From Selaginella moellendorffii (Eukaryota > Plantae > Lycopodiophyta), in the NCBI RefSeq assembly GCF_000143415.4, contig NW_003314297.1, forward strand, positions 1,580,890-1,644,889: 64,000 nt of DNA, given 5' to 3'. Of the stretch, positions 49,346-64,000 are shown piece after piece. The position numbers and the translations under genes were made by a program. Every line of letters starts with the position of its first letter. Position 1 is the first letter of the stretch. The notes beneath the pieces are model-generated. The model had not been told where the DNA came from. It searched no databases and saw only the letters and a program-made list of their open reading frames with translations.

Positions 49346-51521
49346 CTCTTTTTAACTCTTCTTTTTTCTTTCTATGTGTGGGTGCTAGCTCGTGTCTTTG
49401 ACTTTGATGATAATCTTTTTTTCTTGCCTGTCCAGAATGTTGGAGAAGCAAGGCCTCTCGGGGACTCTCTCGCCAGCACTTGCGGATTTGCCCAATCTGC
49501 AAAACCTGTACTTGGCTTTTGGATCACATGGTTTTGTTTTTAATGGCTCTCTTTTCCTCAGAAGGATGAAAGGGAATTTGATCTCGGGTTCTCTTCCGCC
49601 ACAACTGGGAACACTGCAAGGTTTACTGAATCTTGACTTGTCTGCGAACAACTTCACTGGAAGCATTCCGTCAACGCTCACCAATCTTACGAGCTTAAGA
49701 ACCTTGTAAGCCTTGGGAACTTTCTTCTTCTTCTTTTTCCTGTTAATCACAGCAACTTGGCTTTGCAGGCTTCTGAACAACAACAGCCTGACCGGAAGCA
49801 TCCCTTCTACGCTCACTCTCATATCCAGCTTGCAGTTTCTGTATGTCATTTTCTCGTGTTCGTTATCCTGATCATTCGAATTCATGCAGAGACGTCTCGT
49901 ATAACAACTTGAGTGGACCACTCCCACCCAAAGGGACGATCAGTGAGTTCAAGTGAGCAAACAATGCTTGCCTGTCTGATGTATGCCGTTTCTGAAGTCA
50001 TTCCATGACGGCTAATGTCTTTCAACAGCTTGCTAGGGAATCCAGATCTCTGTGGTGCTAAGGTAGGAACGCCTTGCCCGGAGTCGATTCTTCCGAGCTC
50101 TAGAAGACGTGGTAAGCAAGTCTGTTCTTGGGATAACTTCTGCCTATTTCAATACCTGGACGCGTTGCAGGGCTTAACATTGGAGCTGTCATTGGTGGCA
50201 TTGCTGCGGGGGCTCTGTTTTTACTGCTCTGTCCCTTGCTGGCTGTCATTGTGTGGAGAAAGCACCGTGGGCCAAAAGAGGTGTTTTTTGACGTTGCTGG
50301 TGCGCCTGTTTGCTTTTTTGTAAGCTATCTGATGCGCGGCTATCTTTTGTGCAGCGGAAAATGATCCTCATGCCACCTTTGGACAACTTAGGAAGTTTAC
50401 TCTCAGGGAACTCCAAATTGCAACAGACAATTTCAGCGACAAGAACGTCCTGGGACAGGGAGGATTTGGGAAAGTGTACAAAGGCAGCTTGGAAAACGGC
50501 AAACTCGTTGCCGTTAAGCGCCTAAGAACAGACCAGAATATTTCAGCTGGAGGAGAACACGCATTTCAGACTGAAGTTGAGATCATTGGCTTGGCAGTCC
50601 ACCGCAACCTACTTCGCCTTGACGGATTTTGCATCACTCCTTCGGAGCGGATCTTAGTCTACCCGTTTATGCCCAACGGGAGCGTTGCTTCCCGCTTGCG
50701 TAAGCTAAAAATCAACCATCTGTGCAGAAGCTAATCTTTGCGTCCACAGATGACACCACGGGGAGCAAAACGTTGGACTGGGAAACGAGGAAGCAAATCG
50801 CTCTGGGTGCTGCTCACGGTCTCCGTTACCTTCACGTACACTGCAGCCCCCGGATCATTCACCGTGACGTGAAAGCTGCGAACGTTCTACTGGACAAAGA
50901 TTTCCTGGCGGTGGTGGGCGATTTCGGTCTTGCAAAGCTCATTGACACCAAGAACACACACATCACCACCAACGTCCGAGGGACTCCCGGCCACATTGCT
51001 CCGGAGTATCTGTCCACAGGCAAGTCGTCGGAGAAGACGGACGTGTTTGGATATGGAGTTTTGATGCTGGAGCTTATAACGGGGAAGCGGGCTTTCGATC
51101 TAGCCAGGCTGTTTGACGATGACGACGTGATGCTTCTCGACTGGGTAAGATTTATGGTGCTTGGCCTCGGACCAAACTTTCGCTTTGGTGCTTGCAGGTG
51201 AAGAGATTCCAGCAGGAAGGTAGACTGAGTGAGCTCGTGGATCCCAAGCTGAGGCACTCGTACCAGCCAAACGAAGTTGAGAAACTCACCCAGATTGCTC
51301 TGCTCTGCACCCAAGCGTCTCCCAGCGACCGTCCAAAGATGGTGGAGGTCGTGTCGATGCTGGAAGGGGACGGCCTCGCCGAGAGGTGGGAAGAGTGGCA
51401 AAAGGTTCAGGTGCTGAGAAGAGAAGAGGTGGATGTTGGCCACAAGCAGCTGGACGAGTGGATGATGATTCAGGGAGATTCCTCCAACTTGGAAGCGATT
51501 GAGCTCTCGGGTGCGAGATAG
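48941..51521 (+). CDS. Second LRR-II receptor kinase, SERK-related but lacking the SPP motif
   Basis: [15 protein letters not shown] exons, [47 protein letters not shown], ends IELSGAR. Confidence 0.93.
49307..49343 (+). repeat. (GT)n microsatellite in an unusually long intron
   Basis: Visible run. Confidence 0.95.
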
Positions 51522-51749
51522 AATCCAGTTACGTTCTCCCAAGTTGATCTCCTCATCATGTAAAAAGGACGACATCGAGGTACAGATTGCAGGAATCATA
51601 TAATAGGTGATTTTATGCTTGTCAAACAAAATCCAACCCTGCTTGGATTTTAAAAACTTTGTACACTTGGAAATACTAAATATTTACCAGTCTCTTCTTT
51701 GCAAATGTACACCTTATACTTACTTGTGCTTAGTTGTGGCTGCAGCCGT

Positions 51750-54700
51750 TTACATAGGGGGCGACATATGAGCGGCTGCGGCACTCCGCCTCTCTGCAGT
51801 GATATGAATCAGGAATTGATCGACCAACAACGAGAAATGATAGACGGACGTACCTCCCGCGGCCACGAGCTTCTCTACTCTCGCCACAATGTGCTTCCCA
51901 TACGTATACTTCTTAAGCGCGTGTAAATGAACTTTGATACGAGTCAAAAGAATTTCCCTCTGGCGGTCGTCACAAATCTCCAGTACTTTCTGCACCACGT
52001 AGTTGGCAAATTGGTCCTTCATCATAGCCTGAAAAAAGGATGTATATGAATGGAGGGGGTCACAAATCTTTCTTTCCTACCTGCAAGGCCTCGTTCTCGT
52101 CCGTTGATCCCAGCATCTCGTTGATCAGAATTTGTCTTTCTGCCGGGCCCCCAAACTGAAGACACTTCTCGATAACATTTGATGCAAATTTATGCTGGCT
52201 CATTTGTACAATTTGTCCTGCTAGCTTAGTGATGATTTCGCTTCTCTCCGGCTGGGTTCCATGCTCCAACACATGCTAAAGAGACACAAAGAAAGACTTA
52301 GCTTACAGCACACCAGAGAAAGAAAGGAAATTAAAAAGGAAGAAAAGAAAAAGAAACACAACCAACCTGCACAACATAGTTCCCATACTGGTCCTGAGCA
52401 AGACTGCAAGTTGACCGCAGTATCTCTTGCATTATTCCTTGCTGCTTCTGTTCGTCTGTACAATGCTCAAGAACTCTCTGGGAAGAAAACGTAAAACAAA
52501 AACCAAAAAAAAAAAAACAAAACAATCGTCTCAAGTAACTTGAAACGACTCAAAACATGCCTCACCTGTATAACCCGGCATCCATACGGATGTGTTGAGA
52601 GAGCCAATACTTGACCATAAAACGCACAGATTATAAATTGGATGCGATCGGCAGGAACACATTCTATACACTTTTGAATGACGTGGTTTCCATTTTGATC
52701 ACGGACGCACCGCATCACGTGACCATCCAGCTCGGAAACCAGTTGTGTTTGCTGATCCACGTCCACAACTTCGAGTGCCTGCGAGTTTCTTCAGCGTTTG
52801 ACCAAAATAAAAATGAAAGATACCTTCTGAATGACACGGCAGCCGTACATTTGCAAGCTCAACGTCAGTACACGGCTGGGTAACTGCTGGGCAAGCTCCT
52901 TTCTTTGCTGTGCCGTTCCATGCTCAAAAAACTGCCAGGCTCTACGAAGTTACGACACGACGTACAAACAAAATGCGTGCCAAGCCTTCACCGATACCTT
53001 CTGAATAACGTAGTTTCCAAAGACATCCGTCATTAGCGCCACGGCTTGGGGGAAGACCTCCTGAAAAACCATAGCTTTGTCCTCGGCGGTGGCAGTCTCT
53101 AGCTTCTGCTGGATAAAGCGGCTTCCATGCTGGTCAGCACTGCAATGGACACACATTTTCCAAATGTAAAGAAGCTAAAGACCAGAGCTTGTACCTGAAC
53201 TCCACCACGTGACCAGCAATGTCAGAGAGCTCAAATCTTCTGTTTTTGCTGTTTTTGAACTCCTCGAGCAGGAAAGACCCACGTGACTCGTCAGCGGGGT
53301 CGCTGCCTCCCGCCGATGGCCAACCCGCAGCAGTATAAGCGGTAGCAGCTCTTCCGGTGCTCGGAGACAAGCGCAAGTTTCGATCGTTGACGATCCGAGA
53401 AGTTGCGCCAACCGGCGAGCTGGGAAGTCCAGGACTTGCCAATGGAGAGTTGGGAAATGGCACGCCGAATCCCAGCCCAGGAGGACTGCCGTAAAAAGAA
53501 GTGGCCGGCGGAACACTCTTGTTCGGAATGGACATGGCCCTCGAGAACTGAGGCTTGGATAAACCACCCAGCCCGCTCAGCTGGTCCACGAGTGCGTCCG
53601 AGTGAGCAGCATAGCTCCGCATGTCCGCTGACAGTGCCGCTGCGGCGCGAGCGTCCTCGGACGCACGGAGGTATTGTAGATAGAGAGCGTCGTGAAGCGC
53701 AGTGGTCGATGAGGGAGCCTGTCCCGCCGCCGCAAGCTTGTAAAACTGGTGTAAGTCGGGGACACCTCCTCGGGCGGCGGCCACTGCGGACTCAAACGCC
53801 ACCGGAGGGGCGGGATATCCCGGTAGCAATGGAGGTGGCAACATAGCACCGTTGAGCGGGTAGCCACCGAGGCCGTAGTATGGTGCATAGACTGATGCCG
53901 AGTGAAGGTTGTGATAGTATGGATTCCCCGCGGCGATGTAGGACATGGCGGCGGCAGCGGCGGCCGCCGCATACATGTTGGACGTTGCAGCAGCTCCTCC
54001 TCCTGGCTGTTGCTGCTGATTGACACCAGGAGGAATGGCACCAAACTTGACGTTGCCGTATGCTTGGTGGTGCTGTTGCTGCGAATAAGCCTGCGATCCA
54101 TGATGCTGCGCTTGCGGCTGCTGGTGCTGCTGCTTCACACGTAATTGCTGCTCGGGAAATTCCAGATGCTGCTCCTCCTCGACAACGTCCGCGTTGTCGG
54201 ATTTCATGGTTACGCATCCCGCAAGAGCAGCTGCAAGCTCCGACGAGGTACTAGACTCGGCTGCCTCTCCCACTGTCACGCTTGCATCCGGTGGAGGTGT
54301 CCGGTTGAGGGTGGTGGTGGAGGGAGAAGCATAAACGTCGTGAACGGGCACCTGCATTGGGGTGGCGGAGCGGGAGCCGATGCCAGAGCCAAGCTCACGT
54401 AAGAGTTGCAGGTCCAGGGAGGTATCCCCCGCGTCATCGTTTGCTGCCCGGCTCGAGGGTCGGGACAAGTTGTAAACAGGAGAGGGCGTCCTCGGGAAGT
54501 CCTCCTGCGTGATCAGCAAGTCCGTCAGCTTTGCAAACTAGAAGGTGGCCCCCAAATACCTGGATGAGATCGACGAGGCTCTTGGGCCGCCCAAGTCCCA
54601 TGTCAAAGCCCGGGAGTCCATCGGCATCGGTGAAGGTGGCGGCTGCGGCGGTGGTGGTGGCGGGGAGGTGGCGGATGACATGGTGGTGTTGCTGTCCCAA

Positions 54701-55258
54701 GGAGGACGAGGAGACCTCTCCCTCGTCCAGCAGATCGTCGTCTTCCCTGTGCGTGGGGAGCGAAGAATGCAGCGGGTGCGGATTGGCGGAGAAGAGCGAG
54801 GAGCTGCTCGAGTCGTCAAACACAAGCTTGCTTCGAAGGTTGAGGCGCTGGGCGAGGCGCCAATTCTCCCACGACTTTACTGGCGGTGGGAGACGGGGAT
54901 TCAGATTGACATGCGAGTGATAGTAAGCAAGATAAGCAGGGTCTGACCTGAGCTCCTGCTCCGTCTCCACCACATCCAGCAGCTGATCGCCATCCTGGGC
55001 GTGAGCGTGGAGCTCCAGCCGACCCAATTGGCTCAGCAGGCCGCCCAGCGATCCCTCCACGGTGGGCGGGGCGCTCTCGCTGCGGTGGAGCTGGACCTCG
55101 CCCCGCGCATTCCCCAGCCGCGACGCCGACGATCGCTCCCGGAGCAGCAGATTGAGCTCCTCGCACTCGCGGCTGCTACTCGAGGATGGAGCCCTAATGC
55201 CGCCGCCGTCCCCGCCCAGCCCCCCTGCCAGCACCCTGACAGGGCTCTCCGTCGCCAT
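51750..55258 (-). CDS. Pumilio/PUF RNA-binding protein (APUM1-6-like, with NABP region)
   Basis: [45 protein letters not shown], Puf repeats [13 protein letters not shown] ... [15 protein letters not shown]. Confidence 0.95.
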
Positions 55259-55954
55259 ATCTCTGTCCAGTTTTCCCCTTTGCCTTGCTAGCTAGCTCGC
55301 GCGGCCACGGCCTAGCTCTAGTAGCGCCTATCTATCCAAGGAAGAACCACCCAAGAAATGTGGAACCAATTCTCCACACGGCGGCCATGTCGCGCCTCTC
55401 TTTTCTTCCTCCTCTCGCCTCTCCGCCTCTTCCGTGGGCGAGCGACAAACACAATAACAACAAGAGCAGAGAGAGCATGCGGGCAGCGCCCGTCCGATCG
55501 GCACTGCAACGGCCCAGATCCCTGCCGGCGCCGTCAAGCTCCGTCATGCCGCCGTCCGCGGATGCCCTAACGGCGGTCAATGCTAAAAGGTGCTCAGCTT
55601 GGACTTTAGCATAATTATTCCCGAAAGATGCGGAATATGCCCGGAGGTAGTACGAAATGGGGGAGTACCTAGCTAGAGCCTGGACACTGGTGGTGCTGGT
55701 AAATGCAATGGCGCCATACACACCAGTAGTGAGATACAAGTGTTGCCTGCCTGCCCAACTGGTACCACTACCACCCCTCCCCCGTACGGCCTGCCCCGTG
55801 CGCTGGTGTTGCTCGGCCAGGCCCCATCTGCTTTTAATTTCTTTTCACTTCACCTGATAGATACACTTTCCCCCGCTACTGTAGCTTGGCGAGAGGGGGA
55901 ATGCCATTCCATTAGGGTTGCAAGGGATTTGGCAGAGGCGATCGCGCGCAAGGG

Positions 55955-57622
55955 ATGATGCAATCCAGCCACCAGCCGCCGCCGAGCGATGTCCATCAGC
56001 AGCAGCAGCAGCAGCAAAGCCCGAGAGGAGGAGGAGGAGGTATGACACCAAAGCTCTCCCTTGTTGGCCACTACGCATCCCCCGCGGCGGCGGCAACCTG
56101 CCATGGATTCTCCATTCTGGGAGCTCTAGAACCCCAGGCCCCTCCGCCGCCGGCTCACCATCACCACCACCACCACCACCAGCAGCCTCCGCCCCCGCCG
56201 CTGCCGCAGCATCAACCGCATTTCCACCACCAGATGCCCGCTCCCCAAAACGCCTTCCAGAATCTCCTCCACCAGGGCTTCCTTCTCACCGCCGGCCAGC
56301 AGGGCTACAATCTCCAGCTCGCCGCCCCTCAGCAGGTCCTCCAGGGCCTCATGGAAGACCTGATCAAGCTCAGTCCCCCCGGGAGCCCGCCAATAGAAGG
56401 CCGTGGTGGTGGCGGCATCCACCCCCAGCAGCAGCAGCAGCAGCAGCAGCACTACACCCTCGTCTCCCTGCTGGAGCAAAAGACCGATCAGCTCCAGGCG
56501 CTGGTTCACTCGCTATCGCAGGCCAGCCAGCACAACGGCGGCGTCGTCCAGGCCCATGCAGCCATGACTGCCGCGCGGATCGCTTCCAACATATCGCAGC
56601 TTGCTCTCGCCGTCATTGGGGTCCTTCCCAACGCGCAGCCCTCGCCGTGCCTGCTGCCCGACATGCAATTGGGTGCTCCACTCGGCTTCAACACCCTGGC
56701 CGCTCCCACTCCCGCCGCGGCCGTCCGGAATCCACTTCCGGTGGTGGAGCATCGCCAGCAGCAGCCGCAACCGCAGCAGCCCCAGGCGCCGCAGCAACAA
56801 GATTCGCCCTGTCAGCCCCACGCTTTCAACCTGGAAGCCATCCATCAGCCACCACTTGCGAGCAAGGCCGTGGTGGTGGCGGAGAGAGAAAGTGAGGCAG
56901 CGGCGCCCCCAGCAGCCGCAGCACCACCTCCACCTCCACCACCCCCGCCGGCGGCGATGGAAGATTGCGGCGACTCAGGGGCGGGGTCCAGGGACGACGA
57001 CGACGGCGACGACGCGGAGGACCTTGTGCCTGGCTCCTACGATCTCGTGGAAATGAACGCAGTGGAGATCCTCGCGGAGCACACGCACTTTTGTGACAAG
57101 TGTGGCAAAGGTTTCAAGCGGGACGCCAACCTGAGAATGCACATGCGCGGGCACGGCGAGCAGTACAAGTCGCCCGCTGCTCTGGCGAGGCCGGATAAGG
57201 TTGCCACGGATCCATCGCTGCTCCGGCCCAGGCGCTACTCGTGCCCGTACGCCGGATGCAAGAGGAACAAGAAGCACCGCAAGTTCCAGCCGCTCAAGAC
57301 GGTGCTGTGCGTCAAGAATCACTACCGGCGGAGCCACTGTCCAAAGTCTCTCACCTGCAGCAAGTGCAAGAGCAAAAAGTTCTCGGTGGTGGCGGACCTT
57401 AAGACGCACGAGAAGCACTGCGGCCGGGATAAGTGGCAGTGCTCGTGTGGCACCACCTTCTCCCGGAAGGACAAGCTGCTGGGGCATATCAGCTTGTTCC
57501 AGGGCCACACGCCGGCGCTGCCTCTCCACGAGATCGCGGAGGCGTCTCCGGCATCGGCTTCAACTTCGGCAGCAGCGGAGCAAGGCAGCGTTGGCGGGGA
57601 CGAGCAGCAGCGCGCGGAGTAG
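55955..57622 (+). CDS. STOP1: STOP1-like C2H2 zinc-finger transcription factor, intronless, with polyQ/H/P N-terminus
   Basis: [85 protein letters not shown]. Confidence 0.93.
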   Translation: MMQSSHQPPPSDVHQQQQQQQSPRGGGGGMTPKLSLVGHYASPAAAATCHGFSILGALEPQAPPPPAHHHHHHHHQQPPPPPLPQHQPHFHHQMPAPQNAFQNLLHQGFLLTAGQQGYNLQLAAPQQVLQGLMEDLIKLSPPGSPPIEGRGGGGIHPQQQQQQQQHYTLVSLLEQKTDQLQALVHSLSQASQHNGGVVQAHAAMTAARIASNISQLALAVIGVLPNAQPSPCLLPDMQLGAPLGFNTLAAPTPAAAVRNPLPVVEHRQQQPQPQQPQAPQQQDSPCQPHAFNLEAIHQPPLASKAVVVAERESEAAAPPAAAAPPPPPPPPPAAMEDCGDSGAGSRDDDDGDDAEDLVPGSYDLVEMNAVEILAEHTHFCDKCGKGFKRDANLRMHMRGHGEQYKSPAALARPDKVATDPSLLRPRRYSCPYAGCKRNKKHRKFQPLKTVLCVKNHYRRSHCPKSLTCSKCKSKKFSVVADLKTHEKHCGRDKWQCSCGTTFSRKDKLLGHISLFQGHTPALPLHEIAEASPASASTSAAAEQGSVGGDEQQRAE

Positions 57623-58137
57623 CTCCATCACGCAGGTAAGCAAATGCGATTGTTTCCAGGCTTATAACCTCTTTGCTTTTGTGCAGGGCTTTTCTTTTCA
57701 GCTGCTCGTAGTGACGACTAAAAATCATCTAAATGCAGGTGCGTGCGTGGCTGCTTGGTTTGAAGCTTGTCGTGGTATAGGAGTGCTGTATATCTAGTTA
57801 GAATGGAGGAGATGCAAGGAGGATAGAACGTTAGAGCACGAGAAGTTACCTGGACCTGGAACTCATCCTCCTCGCCTTGTACTGGATGCACCTCTATCCA
57901 GCATCTTTTATAGGTAGCGTCGTCCTCCATACAGATAGGCAGGCAGTGTGTGCGGCTACAGGGAATGAATGCCGGAGGGTATCGTAACTGTCACTCGTTC
58001 CAGACAGTTGGTTTAGTTAAAACTAGATTGCTCATGTGTTCATGTGTTCATGTGAAGGGGAAACCATGGCCTCACCACCGGCGCTTGAGTGAGTGAGTGT
58101 GTGTGTTTTGTGTGTGTCTGTGTGTGTGTCACCAAGT

Positions 58138-59712
58138 ATGGGCCAGAGCCACGGGTGTGGGCTCTCAAGTTGGCAGCTATGCGCAATGCTCAAGGACAAT
58201 GGGCAGAGGTGGCGTCTGTACACGGCCATCGTGGAAGGCGACTGCGTGGCCGTGGAGCAGAGCGCAAGCATGTCGCCAAAGCTTGTGACCAAGGCGCTCT
58301 TCTTTCACAGCCGCCTCACTCCGCTGCACGTCGCGGCCATGGCGGGCCAAGTCGACGTAGCTGCACTGCTCATCCACAAGGGAGCCAGCGTCAACTGTAG
58401 CAGCTGCAATGGAGGACAGGTACTTTGTGTCTCTGACGCTCTCTCTTACCAGGAAAACCAATATGCTTTGCCTTGCCTGCTTGCAGACTCCACTCATGCT
58501 CGCCTCCAAGTCGGGAAAGCACGACTGCGTCGATTATCTCATACAGCATGGCGCGAATGTATGTAACAAGCGTCTTCCTCGTTTCTTTCCTTCAGTGCCC
58601 GTCTCCCTGACTTGCTTCATCTTCAGGTGCTCTTGTTTGACACATCTCATTCCAGAACCTGCCTTCACTACGCTGCTAAAGCCGGTCACGTCGACTGCAT
58701 CCACAGGATTCTGTTGGCAGCGAAATGTGCTCCAGTTGCCGAGTCGTGGTCTGTCTTGTCCGCAGCTAGAGAATAGAATCTTGATTGACATGGATGCAGG
58801 AAATTCGTCAGGTTTGTGAACACGAGGGACTCCAAAGGTGTCACGGCACTACACCTGGCCGCCAGAGGAGGCTCTGTGAGGGCGCTTCAGCTGCTGCTCG
58901 ACAGTGGAGCTCTGGTTTCTGCCACCACCAGCAACACTGGCAATGGGTGAACTATCCTTTGAATTATCATCGCAACTCACGAACTGGCCAACATAACTTG
59001 AATTGCTCAGGTCCGGCCACGGAAGCACTCCGCTGCATTTTGCTGCTCGTGGGGGCTCTCTAGAGACTGTGCAAGAGCTACTCGCCTGGGGAGCCGATCG
59101 CAGCCAGAGAGATGTTACCGGGTATGTTGTGGGTTTCCGCTTCACTGCCTTGTGACATGTTTCTCTTTTGCAGATACACTGCTTACGGGATTGCCAGAAA
59201 GCACAACAACGCGTCCTGCGCAGCGCTCTTGGATCCGAGCGTTGCAGAGCCTTTGGTGTGGCCATCGCCGTGCAAGTTCATGAATGCTTTGGATACCAAC
59301 ACCCGGAGCTTACTCGAAAAGGTGCTGGAGCAGGCCAACCAGGCGAGGGGGCGGGCTCACAGAAAGAGTGCTACTGAGAGTGAGATCGTCAATGCCATCA
59401 TGACTGATGACGACCAACAATTGGAGCAAGTGAGTAACTCTAGTGGCCGTCCATAGCTATAAGAAGACTCATCCATTTCCATTATCTTAGGACAAGAAGG
59501 GCAGCACAGACAGCTGCTGCTGCATCTGTTTCGAGCACCGGTGCAACATCGAGCTTCACAAGTGTGGCCACCAAATGTGCGCGAGTTGCATCCTCACGCT
59601 CTGCTGCCACAACAAGCCCAACCCCGCCATACCATTCTCTCCGCCGCCAGGCTGCCCCTTCTGCAGGACGCCTATAGAGCGCATAACTCTCGTGAGCCAG
59701 GTCGCATACTAG
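58138..59712 (+). CDS. XBAT31: XB3/XBAT31-like ankyrin-repeat RING E3 ligase
   Basis: MGQSHGC N-terminus, ankyrin repeats (TPLHVAA, GHGSTPLHFAARGG), AEPLVWPSP, RING CCICFEH.C.I...CGHQMC..C.L.LCCHNKP...CPFCR. Confidence 0.92.
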
Positions 59713-60359
59713 TAGCAAGTGAGCTTTGGGGTGCTGGTCCCGAAAGGTGGCGGACATTCTGTCCTACCAGGTGAAGTAGAGGAAGCGATTGAAGCGGGGG
59801 TCGAGGTGGTGGTGCCGTGGCCGCTGAGTCAGAGGCGTGAGTAGCACACCCAGGGACGCGGGGACGTAGACCCAGGCAGGCAAGCGGTAGCCACAGTGTC
59901 CCATCAGGTCTACATTGTTCATGGATCACATGAGGAACAATATTGCGAGGGGATTCCACTGTGGCGAGCGGTAGAGCCAGAGGGTGACGAGGGAGTAGAA
60001 GGTGGTGATGCAGCATGCGATGTCCAGGGCGTCGCCGTAGGTGGTGCCAAAGCGGTGAGTTCGCCACTGTTGTCGTGGTGCCGCCTGTGGATCCTCCGGT
60101 ATGCGCTCTTGGAGCGGTGGAGGAGCGTGTGCACCAGCCAACAGTGTGCGTCGTGAAGAACCATGACAGTCCAGGTGAAGAGGATGTGAAGGTTAGCATC
60201 ACGGGGCCGGGTCCGTATGGTGTGATCCAGCGCCTTTGATTCCAGCGTCTTGAGAAGATAGAACCATGCATGCTCTAGCAGTGCGTGAAGGCTGGCAATC
60301 ACTAGTCCTCCTAAAATCCCCACACAAACCGAGCTTGCGAACTCCCCTTGCGTCGTCAT
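59713..60359 (-). pseudogene. Intronless fatty-acid hydroxylase/sterol-desaturase-family pseudogene
   Basis: His boxes HTLLH and IHRRHH, GHCGY, HHH..N..LYFTW*DR..AT; 1-nt frameshift at ~60050; stops at 59926-59928 (TGA) and 59764-59766 (TAG). Confidence 0.8.
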
Positions 60360-60418
60360 TCCCTTGCCTGGTTAAGGTAACACTCAAAGTTGTCACTTTC
60401 CATGCATGCGCTCGGCGA

Positions 60419-63184
<2,766 letters not shown>

Positions 63185-63380
63185 GGCCTCCCAGCACAAC
63201 CTATCTTACACGATATTTTTATTTTTATTTTCGTGGCTCGAACCTCAAGCTTATTTGTAGAATTTAACTAGCCACCACAGCCGCCACAGCCACCGCAGCC
63301 ACCGCAACCCCCTCCATCGCCACCATCACCACCACCCCCACCATCCCCGTCACCATAGCTGCTAGACGTATCCCACACTC

Positions 63381-64000
63381 CTAAGCCTGTGTAGTGCACG
63401 TTTGAGGCCCGAGTACGCTGGAAGCCTGGCAAAAAAAATCATGCATTAGTTGCTCTGCCTTAGATCGATCATGTGTACCATTGTCATAATATGTGGTCTT
63501 GTGCTTCAACTTGAGTCCTAGCTCTTTGAGTGAGATGGATACAGTCGTCGACAGAAGCAACACCAGGAGCACATTCTCGTACGATCAATCTGCACCATGC
63601 AACAACCCAAATACTGAGATCGATAAGTCAGGTTGCATAATAAGCACTCGCCTGCATGTGACCCACGTCCAAGTCGAAAAGAGCGGTTGCAATGCCTTCG
63701 GGCTCGTCTCGTGTATATCTCACCATCGTCATAAAGCCCGGATCATACAAAAAACCAAGTTGAGGCTTACGACCTGGTACTAGAACAAAGTCCTGTTCGC
63801 GACAAGACACTCTTCCACTCGAATCAGACTCTGTTTGGTACACTCACTTACCGGACAATCTAATCTTGTCCTCACATCAAACTGCGGCCACCACTTCGAT
63901 TCCTTTCGATATCTGGAGATGGTCAGAGTTACTGCACCATCTAGCAGAGACCAGCTCCTGGAGTTTGCTGTTTTCTCAAGCGGAAACGCTGATCCGATGA
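63381..64000 (-). CDS. 3' portion of a glycine-rich-domain-protein (GRDP1/2)-like gene, possibly disrupted
   Basis: Spliced ...RSWSLLDG...; LVPGRKPQ..FMTMVRYTRDEPEGIATALFD; ENVLLVLLLSTTVS resemble the GRDP C-terminal region; the last junction needs a frameshift or a rare acceptor. Confidence 0.5.

Noticed and set aside
59764-59928. Premature stops in the desaturase being rescued by RNA editing
   Set aside because: They would need A-to-G changes (plant editing is organellar C/U), and a frameshift plus a damaged His box remain
63271-63356. (GCCACC/ACAGCC)-like low-complexity tract between the GRDP-like and EttA-like genes
   Set aside because: Simple repeat; could be a remnant Gly-rich tail on the minus strand, but no supported frame

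Overview
Gene-dense eukaryotic nuclear DNA from a non-seed land plant. The 50-60 nt GT-AG introns, very short intergenic spacers and an SS-motif-rich PPR gene point to the lycophyte Selaginella; this is an inference. About 20 protein-coding loci can be reconstructed: RluA-type pseudouridine synthase (partial), CCS52/FZR, a plantacyanin-type phytocyanin, a PLS-E PPR, SBT6.1/site-1 protease, an RLCK-like pseudokinase, mtHSP70, a LIP1-type lipase, an ACT-STY kinase, an NPK1/ANP MAPKKK, NRT2, a KIF12-like kinesin, SERK, BIG5/MIN7, a Canopy-like ER protein, a second LRR-II RLK, a Pumilio, a STOP1-like zinc finger, an XBAT31-like E3, a desaturase pseudogene, an EttA-like ABC-F, and the 3' end of a GRDP-like gene. 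An AT-rich, repeat- and TE-remnant-rich island (~4.9-16.4 kb) interrupts this block. It holds the most unusual element: an intact 11-exon gene splicing an ACBP4/5-type Kelch propeller in frame onto a single large exon resembling a Crinkler (CR)-type header plus restriction-endonuclease-fold effector domain. A second, frameshifted Crinkler-like fragment lies ~1.8 kb downstream. Family assignments come from remembered motifs, not database searches.
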